DNA from: a candidate division WOR-3 bacterium | GTDB taxonomy: Bacteria > Hydrothermota > Tepidihabitantia > SM23-42 > CAYGYG01 | Length of the DNA stretch: 64,000 bases | NCBI GenBank assembly: GCA_965648915.1 | Contig: CBFGIV010000001.1 | Coordinates: 96,001 to 160,000 of the forward strand | Direction of reading: 5' to 3' | Shown here: positions 28,407 to 36,648 of the stretch, piece after piece | Layout of the letters: each line of letters begins with the position of its first letter | Numbering within the stretch: position 1 is the first letter of the stretch | Translations under genes and position numbers: made by a program | The notes under the pieces: model-generated | What the model was told of the DNA's origin: nothing | The model's database searches: none | What the model saw: the letters and a program-made list of their open reading frames with translations, nothing else

Positions 28407-31400
28407 ATGAGGCGCTATCAACTACTAAACAAACTCGGTCAGGGAGGAATGGGGGTGGTCTATAAAGCTGTTGAAAAGAAGACCGGTGCCCTCTGTGCCC
28501 TGAAGATTTTAAGCCCCGGAAAATCAAAAATTGGACGAGAGGAAGAGATATTAAGATTCAAAAAAGAGTTTCGGCTCCTCGCAACCCTCGAACACCCCAA
28601 TCTCATCAAGGTTTACAATTTTGGCATCAGTAACAATTACTATTACTTTACAATGGAGTATTTTGATGGCGGCAATATTCTGGACGCAACACAAAACTTA
28701 AGTTTGAGTCATATCTATCATCTGATTTATCAACTGGCATCAGCATTACAATATATCCATTCATTGAATATCCTGCACTTAGATATAAAACCGAATAACA
28801 TTTTAGTCAAAAATGGCCAGCGGCCGATATTGAAACTTCTTGATTTTGGTATTGCGGGAGAGGTTGGTGAGGTCAAAGAATTGAGGGGCACCATTCCTTA
28901 TATGGCGCCTGAATTTTTAACCGGGAAGGATGTGGACCATCGGGCCGATTTATATTCGATGGGTATCCTCCTCTATCAGTTGTTAACCAGAAGACTACCC
29001 TTTTCCGGACGAAATGTATCGACCGTGGTGAAAAAACATCTTTACGAGGATCCCAGACCACCGGTACATATCAATCATAGAATTCCTTCTGAGTTATCAG
29101 ATCTTGTTTTGAAACTGCTGGTTAAAGATCGGGAAAAGAGGATACAGAACTGCTTCGAGGTAATAAAGACGATTGCAGAAATTGCAAACTTTAAGCCCGC
29201 AGTCAGAGATCGATTTAAACTTCAATCAGCCGTTCCTTTCGTTGGACGGAAAAAGGAGTTACAGACCCTGACGGAAATCTTCACTCAGCCTGATTCAAGT
29301 ATCCGATGGGTGATAATCTCTGGTCCACCGGGTATTGGTAAGACACGCCTTGCCTCAGTCTTTCTTATCGAAGCAGAACTGGCCGGGGCCTTAACCATTA
29401 AAGTCGATGCCCCGGGGAAAACAATCGTCGATCTCGTTAATGGACTTCTGGATGAACTGAAGAAAAAAGGCGATGTGGCTATATCTGCGCTTGAAGAAAG
29501 ATATCTCACTAATCCTCCTCATTTTACTTTACCTGAAGCCCGGGCAGTATACTTCCATCGTCTGGCTGATTGGCTCAGCCAGGCTCAGATTCGGGGTCGG
29601 CGTCCCTGGGTTATTCTTGTCGAAGATGTCCAGGAGACCGAGTCTCCGGTCCTGGACCTTTTTGATTACCTCTCGAGAAATTTCTATCTCAACCGATCCC
29701 GGATTTTAATTCTCAGCACATTCCGGACTTCTGAAACCAGTGAGAGCAATCTGCCGAAATACTCCGAAGAAGAATACATCTCTCTCATCAATCTTTCTCC
29801 CCTTCTTCAGGAAGAGATTAGGCTATTGGTAACTACGGCCACTCGTCTCCCCGCGGTTGCCGAAAAGATAATCAAATTTTATAGCCCTGAGATTGCCGGT
29901 AATCCCCTTTTTTTGAAAGAGATTCTTGCCCAGTTGATTAAAAGTAAGACTTTCGCACCCGAGCGAATAAAAAAACCAAAAATTGTCGATGATTTCCTCT
30001 ATCAGCGTATCGATCGCCTACCCGAAGGGTCAAGAAAACTTTTAAATTGTGCCGCGATAATCGGTGCCAATTTTAATCTTACTCAATTGCGAGAACTGGG
30101 TGGTTTTAGCGAAACCGATTTTTTGAAATTGCTCAATCCGGTTTTAGAACAGGGGATATTCACTAAAGTGCGCACCGGGCAAAGTTATCATTACGCTTTT
30201 GCCCATTCTTATCTGCGCGAGCTCATTTACCATAGAATACCCCGGACTGAAGTAATTCGTCGGCACACCCGCTATGCTTATTATCTGGAGAAAAATTATA
30301 ACCGCGAGAAGAAAGAGATAATTGATAGTCTGGCCGACCATTTTTTAAGAAGCAATAACCGCATCAAGGCGATAAAATACGGGATAATGAGCGGTGAGAA
30401 CGGAATAAGGACTTATAACTATGAAAGGGCGGAAAGTATCTTTGCATCATTAATAAAAGAGAAGATCAGCCGGAAACAGTATCGGAAGATTATCGAAAAT
30501 CTTGCTGACATTTATACACTGCAGGGTAAGCTGAATCAGGCATTGCATTATTACCACAAGATGCTCCGGTTCTTTGAGAACGATAAGTCAAAGCGGGCGC
30601 ACATCTTAGAAAAGATTGGTGATATTTATGAAAGGCAGGGCATCTGGGATAAAGCCCTGGCTTTCCTCAAGCGCGCCTTTCAATTATTTGAGTCAAAAAA
30701 TGACTATAATAGTGAAGCGCGCATAGTGGGCAAGATTGGCTCAATCTTCACCCGCAAAGGTGAATATGAGAGGGGAATAAGATTGTGTAGCGAATTCTTG
30801 CAAAAATCATCAAAGAAAATCGGCGACGAGCCAATGGTTCATATCTATAATGCGCTTGGTGCCAACAGTCTCTATCTGGGTCGTTATCAGGAAGCAAGCA
30901 GATATTATCGTCAGGGGATTATCCTGGTCCGAAGGATAAATAATCTCCCGATGATGGGTAATCTTTTAAGTAACCTTGGTTTCTTACATAACCGCTGGGG
31001 AAATTTTGAAAAGACGAACAGGTATTATCTTGAAAGTTTAAGGCTCTGGCGTAAAATTGGCGATATTGCCGGGATGTCATCGGCTTTAAACAATTTAGGT
31101 GCGCTGGCAAGTCAAAGGGCGGATTTTGCATCGGCCCAACAGTATTTCAAACAGGCGCTGGAACTGAATCAACGTCTGGGCAACAAATCGCGAATGGCTT
31201 TGCTTCTTAACAATCTCGGTATTGTTGCCTGCGAAAGTCTTGACTACGAGGCCGGAATTGAGTATTTTAATAAAGCGGGTAATATCTGCCAGAAGATCGG
31301 GAATAAGTCAGTCCTGAGTATGGCTTTACAGAACCTGGGTAACAGTCTGGTAAATACCGGACGGTATTCAGTTGCGATAAAACACTTTAATGAAAGTCTT

Positions 31401-32108
31401 ATGATCAGGGAAGAGATTGGAGAGATGGCCGGTGCGATCCTCGCTCGGTGCGGACTGGGTGAGGCCTATCTTCAAACTGGAATTCTGTCCGATGCCGAAA
31501 GATACTTTACCGATGCACTCAAACAGGCAGAGCGGATGAAGATGAAGGTTATCGAAGGTAAGATCTATTCGGCTTTAGGCGAATTATACCGGATTCAGGG
31601 CAACAAGGATGAAGCATCGAAGTGTCTTGATCGGGCGATTGGAATTTTTACGGAACTGAGAAATATGCCTGAACTTATTAAGGCTTTATTAAATAAGTCT
31701 TTGCTTGAGCGAGTCTTTGACCACCGCTTGATCGAAATTAATGAAGCGATGATGACCAGAGAATTGCGGGCCCGGTATCAACTTGTTTTGGGACGGTGTC
31801 TGCTATATACTGATTCTATTTCCGGACCGATCAAAGCGATTGAATCTTTCACCCGGGCGCGGGAATTGATTGAAAAATCTCTGCTGGCGCCACTCAAAGA
31901 TGATATTTATTTCTACCTGGGAGAAGCCAACCGGATTTTGGAAAACTTTACTGATGCCCTTAAATTCTATGAAAAGTCAATTGCTATTCACGAAGAGATC
32001 TACCAGAATTTGGAAGACTGCTCTTTGCAGGATGCTTTCTTGCAGAGTGAACGGGTGCAGCGCCTCCGCCAGAGTATTGCCTTACTTGAAAGGAGTAAGA
32101 ATGAGTGA
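28407..32108 (+). CDS. Ser/Thr protein kinase - STAND ATPase - TPR fusion
   Basis: LGQGGMGVVY, ALK, HLDIKPNN, DFG, APE; Walker A GPPGIGKT; LVEDVQ; long TPR array. Confidence 0.92.
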   Translation: MRRYQLLNKLGQGGMGVVYKAVEKKTGALCALKILSPGKSKIGREEEILRFKKEFRLLATLEHPNLIKVYNFGISNNYYYFTMEYFDGGNILDATQNLSLSHIYHLIYQLASALQYIHSLNILHLDIKPNNILVKNGQRPILKLLDFGIAGEVGEVKELRGTIPYMAPEFLTGKDVDHRADLYSMGILLYQLLTRRLPFSGRNVSTVVKKHLYEDPRPPVHINHRIPSELSDLVLKLLVKDREKRIQNCFEVIKTIAEIANFKPAVRDRFKLQSAVPFVGRKKELQTLTEIFTQPDSSIRWVIISGPPGIGKTRLASVFLIEAELAGALTIKVDAPGKTIVDLVNGLLDELKKKGDVAISALEERYLTNPPHFTLPEARAVYFHRLADWLSQAQIRGRRPWVILVEDVQETESPVLDLFDYLSRNFYLNRSRILILSTFRTSETSESNLPKYSEEEYISLINLSPLLQEEIRLLVTTATRLPAVAEKIIKFYSPEIAGNPLFLKEILAQLIKSKTFAPERIKKPKIVDDFLYQRIDRLPEGSRKLLNCAAIIGANFNLTQLRELGGFSETDFLKLLNPVLEQGIFTKVRTGQSYHYAFAHSYLRELIYHRIPRTEVIRRHTRYAYYLEKNYNREKKEIIDSLADHFLRSNNRIKAIKYGIMSGENGIRTYNYERAESIFASLIKEKISRKQYRKIIENLADIYTLQGKLNQALHYYHKMLRFFENDKSKRAHILEKIGDIYERQGIWDKALAFLKRAFQLFESKNDYNSEARIVGKIGSIFTRKGEYERGIRLCSEFLQKSSKKIGDEPMVHIYNALGANSLYLGRYQEASRYYRQGIILVRRINNLPMMGNLLSNLGFLHNRWGNFEKTNRYYLESLRLWRKIGDIAGMSSALNNLGALASQRADFASAQQYFKQALELNQRLGNKSRMALLLNNLGIVACESLDYEAGIEYFNKAGNICQKIGNKSVLSMALQNLGNSLVNTGRYSVAIKHFNESLMIREEIGEMAGAILARCGLGEAYLQTGILSDAERYFTDALKQAERMKMKVIEGKIYSALGELYRIQGNKDEASKCLDRAIGIFTELRNMPELIKALLNKSLLERVFDHRLIEINEAMMTRELRARYQLVLGRCLLYTDSISGPIKAIESFTRARELIEKSLLAPLKDDIYFYLGEANRILENFTDALKFYEKSIAIHEEIYQNLEDCSLQDAFLQSERVQRLRQSIALLERSKNE

Positions 32109-34134
32109 ATTCGACCGGATGAAGAGGAAGATAAAGAGACTGAAAGAGAAGGTCAGACCGGAATTCTTTAAGGAGCGTAATTATATGTCCAGTATCGTAA
32201 CTTTATTAAGTTTGAGCAAAGAGATGAGTTCAACCCTGGATCTGGATCGACTTTTAACCGAAGTGGTCGATGATGCGATAAAGATCGCTAAAGCGGAGCG
32301 TGGTTTTTTGATGCTTTTAGACGAAAATGGCCATCTCCAGTTTCGCACCAGTCGAAAACTTGGTAAAGAGACTATTGCCCGCCATGAGTTCGATTTAAGT
32401 CGCAGTATCGTCAATGAGGTAGCAGCGACAGGGCGGGCGATTGTCCTACCTGATGTCTATAAAGATAAGAAAATCAGTGAAAGATCGAGTATTATTGCTC
32501 TTGGACTGGCAATGATTATCTGCCTGCCCCTGCTCTACAAAAACCGTCTCATCGGTCTTATCTATCTCGACTCCCGAACACCGGTCCAGGATTTTTCAGA
32601 ATTCGATAAGGCTCTGCTTGAATCCTTTTCAGCCCTGGCGGCTATTGCGATTGAACACGCCCGGCTTTATACCTCGGTCATCTGTGATCCTCTAACCGGT
32701 GTCTACAATCAGAATTATATGATAAACCGAATAAATCAAGAGATCTGTCGCTTAAGAAGATACCACAGCCAGTTTTCATTTATGTTGATCGATATTGATA
32801 ATTTCAAAAAGATAAACGATATCCACGGCTGGCAGGGAGGCAACCTTATTCTTAAATCTTTATCCCGGATCATCAAAGAGAATCTGCGGGGGGTTGATAT
32901 CCTTGCCCGACAGGGTGGAGATAAATTCAGCCTCTTGATGCCGGAAACGAATGAGACCGGTGCCTTATCTTTAGCCCGGCGCATTAAGGAGGTGACGGAG
33001 TCTTATCTTTTTAAGATCAATGAAAAGAACCTTCATATTACCTTAAGTATCGGTGCCGTTACCTTTTCCAAGGGTGAACCCGAGGATTGTGAACAACTTA
33101 TAATTGAAGCCGAAAATTCCCTGCGGGTTTCAAAGAATAAAGGGGGTAGTACAATCACCCACTCGGTCCTGAAAGAAGAGATAACCCCGGAACAGATTGA
33201 ATTTATCGGTGAATCGAAGGTTGCCCAGGATATACTTTTAACGGTTAAAAAGATTGCACCCATCGATGCAACGGTCCTCGTCACCGGTGAGACCGGTACC
33301 GGTAAGGAACTCATTGCCCGTATTATTCATAACTTGAGTATGAGGAGTAAAAAGCCATTTATTGTGGTGAATTGCGGTGCTATTCCCGAGGGGCTTCTGG
33401 AGAGTGAACTCTTTGGCCACGAGCGCGGGTCATTTACCGGTGCCTACACTCAATACCGGGGACGGTTTGAGGAGGCAAACGGTGGCACGATATTTTTGGA
33501 TGAAATTGCCGATATGCCCCTTCATCTTCAGATCAAACTCTTAAGAGCAATTGAAGCCAAGGAGATCCAGCGGATTGGTGGGAAGTCCAATCTCAAGGTC
33601 GATATCCGGATCATTACCTCGACCAATCGAAATCTGGAAGAGGAGGTAAAAAACAATAAATTCCGCAAGGACCTTTACTATCGTCTCAATGTTGTCTCCA
33701 TCCATCTACCACCATTAAGGGAAAGGATTGAAGATCTACCGGTCCTGGTCAGATATTTTATTAAGAAATATTCAGAGAAATATGATAAAAAGATCAGAAG
33801 TATTGATGATGATCTTATAAGAGAACTCTGTTCCTATGAATGGCCCGGCAATGTTCGGGAATTAGAACACTATATTGAGCGTGGTGTTATAAATGACATC
33901 GATGGCATTATTACTGGTGAAGACCTCGAATTTCATCCTCAGATAAGAGTAAAGGATATTTCATTAAAAAAGACCAAAAAAAGGCTCGAATTAGAGATGC
34001 TGACCAGTGTCCTGATTCGGAACCGGGGCAATGTCACCCGTTCAGCCCAGGAATTAGAGATCAGCCGTAAGACATTATATAACTTATTGAAGAGATATCG
34101 TATAAACATTAAGGATTTAATCAAGTTCGATTAA
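32101..34134 (+). CDS. GAF - degenerate GGDEF - sigma54 activator (bEBP) - Fis HTH
   Basis: ATG at 32101 after AAGGAG, overlapping the kinase 3' end; GAF (IGLIYLDS); RGVD..GGDKF; GETGTGKE, GSFTGA, FLDEI, DLYYRL, WPGNVREL; HTH AQELEISRKTLY. Confidence 0.92.
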   Translation: MSEFDRMKRKIKRLKEKVRPEFFKERNYMSSIVTLLSLSKEMSSTLDLDRLLTEVVDDAIKIAKAERGFLMLLDENGHLQFRTSRKLGKETIARHEFDLSRSIVNEVAATGRAIVLPDVYKDKKISERSSIIALGLAMIICLPLLYKNRLIGLIYLDSRTPVQDFSEFDKALLESFSALAAIAIEHARLYTSVICDPLTGVYNQNYMINRINQEICRLRRYHSQFSFMLIDIDNFKKINDIHGWQGGNLILKSLSRIIKENLRGVDILARQGGDKFSLLMPETNETGALSLARRIKEVTESYLFKINEKNLHITLSIGAVTFSKGEPEDCEQLIIEAENSLRVSKNKGGSTITHSVLKEEITPEQIEFIGESKVAQDILLTVKKIAPIDATVLVTGETGTGKELIARIIHNLSMRSKKPFIVVNCGAIPEGLLESELFGHERGSFTGAYTQYRGRFEEANGGTIFLDEIADMPLHLQIKLLRAIEAKEIQRIGGKSNLKVDIRIITSTNRNLEEEVKNNKFRKDLYYRLNVVSIHLPPLRERIEDLPVLVRYFIKKYSEKYDKKIRSIDDDLIRELCSYEWPGNVRELEHYIERGVINDIDGIITGEDLEFHPQIRVKDISLKKTKKRLELEMLTSVLIRNRGNVTRSAQELEISRKTLYNLLKRYRINIKDLIKFD

Positions 34135-34218
34135 TCCACGGCTCAAATAAATATGTGCCTGCACTGAGTAAAAAGTATACAGTAATTTTCAATAAAAACA
34201 GATGTTATTATAATAACC

Positions 34219-34233
34219 GTGTAAAGTTTACAC
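34219..34233. promoter_or_regulatory. Candidate bEBP upstream activating sequence
   Basis: Perfect palindrome GTGTAAA-G-TTTACAC about 70 bp upstream of the -24 element; weaker related site AGTAAAAAGTATACA near 34167-34181. Confidence 0.6.
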
Positions 34234-34302
34234 ACCGCTAAAAGATCACCACTGCCGTTATATAAAACTCCTGTAATTTCATAATTTAACATTGGTTAAA
34301 TC

Positions 34303-34318
34303 GGGCATAATTTTTGCA
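34303..34318 (+). promoter_or_regulatory. Sigma54 (-24/-12) promoter
   Basis: GGGCATAATTTTTGCA: GG(34304-5)-N10-GC(34316-7), matching the TGGCAC-N5-TTGC consensus; SD AAGGAGG and ATG follow. Confidence 0.8.
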
Positions 34319-34343
34319 TTACTAATGTAGGTAAGGAGGTTTT

Positions 34344-36629
34344 ATGAAAAAGTATTTTCTTTTAGTCTTTTTTCTCTTCGTATCTGGCTATTCAGCCCTA
34401 CCTCTGGGCACAAGGTTTAAACTCATCCCCAACGATGAAATATTTGTAATTGATACCCGGGACAATGGTTATTATGATGTCTATGAACCAGAAAGAAATG
34501 CCTATGTAAAATCTTTTGCCTTGCCAGGCGGTCTTATCGATATCGCAGCAGGCGATCTCGACCGTTCAGGGTTTGATGAAATTATCGGTTTACGCTCGAC
34601 TTCACCCAACCGTATCTATATAAGATATCGAAACTCCTCCGGAGACTGGATCGGTGTGGACTATGATTGTGGTAAGAGGAACTTAAAGTATATCACTGCG
34701 GGTGACTATCTCCACGATTCAATAAGTCCTGGCTATGAAATTATCGCGGCCTCATCAGACTCCATCTTCTGGTGGTCCTGGAATTTATCCAGTGGTATTA
34801 CTTTGAGAAAGAGTATGGCCAAAGGACCAATCTACGACATCACTGCCGGTGATATTGATGGTGACCGGGAGGACGAGGTGGTGATTATTACTTCGGGTGA
34901 CAAGCGAGGGTTTGATGTGATCTCAGAAAAAGCCGGTTCATTCCATTTTGAATTACCGGTTAAAGATGAAACCTTTGGCACCTGGCTGGCACTTTCCGGT
35001 GGAAATGTCCAGGGCGATCTGAGGGCGGAGATTGTTGTCCTTGAAGATAAATACTGGCCCTGGGAGAAGTGTCGCCTCCGTTTCTATCAGTATAATCCAG
35101 CTGACAGCACCTTCCAGGAGATTAAGGTTATGGGCACTGACTATGGATACCTAAAAGATGTTGCCTGCGGAAATCCGGATCGGGATCGCTACTGGGAAGT
35201 TTTTGCTCTCGATGGTGAAGGGTCAGAATATCATAAACCGGTCCACATCTACAGTTATCAGGGTAAAGAGGGCTCTTTTAATCTCAATGGCAGTAAGAAT
35301 CCAGTGCGTATCGCGGTGGGTGAGTATGACGGCGACAATGCCCAGATTGAACTACTCGGCGGTCCTTATCTCTGTTCGAGTGAACTCTGGCCCCATTTTG
35401 TCCTGGCCCTGCCTCCTTATCAGGATGGTATTGTGGTAGGAGAGTGCAAGATAAAGTATGGAGAAGGATTTCAGCAGAATCAGAATCGGGAAGCGACCGT
35501 CTCGGTTAAGGCAAACACCAATATCGGCTACAAAGGACAGTATCCTGGCGGCCTCTTTGAATACGAGATAATGGCATCGCTTGAGGCAGGTATTAAGAAA
35601 TATCTGGGCGATGCCCGTTCCTATGAATGGGGTCACTGGTTTGAATTTTCGAGCAAGACTGGAAAATTTGTTGTGATTGCAACGAGAACCTATTACGACT
35701 CTTATCTCTATAAAATCCTCGACCCGAACGATCTCTTAGGGAGTGATAATCATAATGATACAATCAATATGAACGTGCCCAAGGCTTCAAGTTCTGCCCT
35801 GCCGCTCTACTATGAGGATTATCGCGCCTATGCTGATACGATACCCCGTCTACCAAAGATTCTCCTGCCCCCGCTCGAACGTCCGGGCCGGGTTGTATCC
35901 TATCCCAGGGGATTTGTCTATCCCAATGGCTATCCAGTGCCAACCTCAGAACTGATGCTGATTAATCATCCAATCTATCACATTACCCGCGAGGGAACCC
36001 AGGGCGGTTGGTATATAAGACTTTCTGAGCAGCAGGTAAATCAATCGGTCCTCTCGTCCTCTGCCAATCTTGTCTTCGGGGTCAAGGTCTTGAATATGGC
36101 TTTCCGGATTGCAGGTAGTGTTGGTGCCGAATATACCCACACCATTAAAGCGGGTAAATTGCTCGAGATCAAGGCCGATATGGGTTATATCCCGGATTCC
36201 CTGCCCTACTGGCACTGGTATTATGAATATGTCCCTTACATCTATCGAGCGCCAAAAGATTCGGGTGGCTATTATGTCTTAAACTTCTTTGTCCAGAATC
36301 TCGGGCCCGGATATCAGAATCAAATTGGTGAGTCTAAAAATAATCCGCTATTGGTTACGGAATTTCTCTCCCCCCATCCCAATCCGTTTACAAAGACGAC
36401 GAGCATTCAATTCACCCTTGCCCAGCCAGGCAATGTCTCTTTAAAAATCTACAATCCGGCCGGTCAGTTGGTGGCGACCCTGTTAAACCATTTTGAAAAA
36501 CCCGGCAGATACAATCTGCTCTGGAAGGGAATTGACGACAATGGTAAAAGAGTTGCGAGTGGTATCTACTATTGTGAGTTGATTGCTGGCTCATACCATT
36601 CAATAAAGAAGGTCATCCTTGCGAGGTAG
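34344..36629 (+). CDS. Secreted FG-GAP/VCBS-repeat protein with a beta-hairpin-rich central domain and FlgD-Ig/T9SS-like C-terminal domain
   Basis: Signal peptide; six GD(L/I)DGD-like repeats (AAGDLDRSGFDEI, AGDIDGDREDEV and others); HPNPF...SGIYY...KKVILAR. Confidence 0.85.
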   Translation: MKKYFLLVFFLFVSGYSALPLGTRFKLIPNDEIFVIDTRDNGYYDVYEPERNAYVKSFALPGGLIDIAAGDLDRSGFDEIIGLRSTSPNRIYIRYRNSSGDWIGVDYDCGKRNLKYITAGDYLHDSISPGYEIIAASSDSIFWWSWNLSSGITLRKSMAKGPIYDITAGDIDGDREDEVVIITSGDKRGFDVISEKAGSFHFELPVKDETFGTWLALSGGNVQGDLRAEIVVLEDKYWPWEKCRLRFYQYNPADSTFQEIKVMGTDYGYLKDVACGNPDRDRYWEVFALDGEGSEYHKPVHIYSYQGKEGSFNLNGSKNPVRIAVGEYDGDNAQIELLGGPYLCSSELWPHFVLALPPYQDGIVVGECKIKYGEGFQQNQNREATVSVKANTNIGYKGQYPGGLFEYEIMASLEAGIKKYLGDARSYEWGHWFEFSSKTGKFVVIATRTYYDSYLYKILDPNDLLGSDNHNDTINMNVPKASSSALPLYYEDYRAYADTIPRLPKILLPPLERPGRVVSYPRGFVYPNGYPVPTSELMLINHPIYHITREGTQGGWYIRLSEQQVNQSVLSSSANLVFGVKVLNMAFRIAGSVGAEYTHTIKAGKLLEIKADMGYIPDSLPYWHWYYEYVPYIYRAPKDSGGYYVLNFFVQNLGPGYQNQIGESKNNPLLVTEFLSPHPNPFTKTTSIQFTLAQPGNVSLKIYNPAGQLVATLLNHFEKPGRYNLLWKGIDDNGKRVASGIYYCELIAGSYHSIKKVILAR

Positions 36630-36648
36630 TTAATCGATTGGAGGAGCA

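Noticed and set aside
31870..32100. 77-codon upstream extension of the bEBP ORF, suggesting a frameshift fusion with the kinase-STAND gene
   Set aside because: The extension reads as off-frame sequence, the kinase ORF stays TPR-like to its end, and ATG 32101 has a good SD (AAGGAG). No convincing slippery site was seen.
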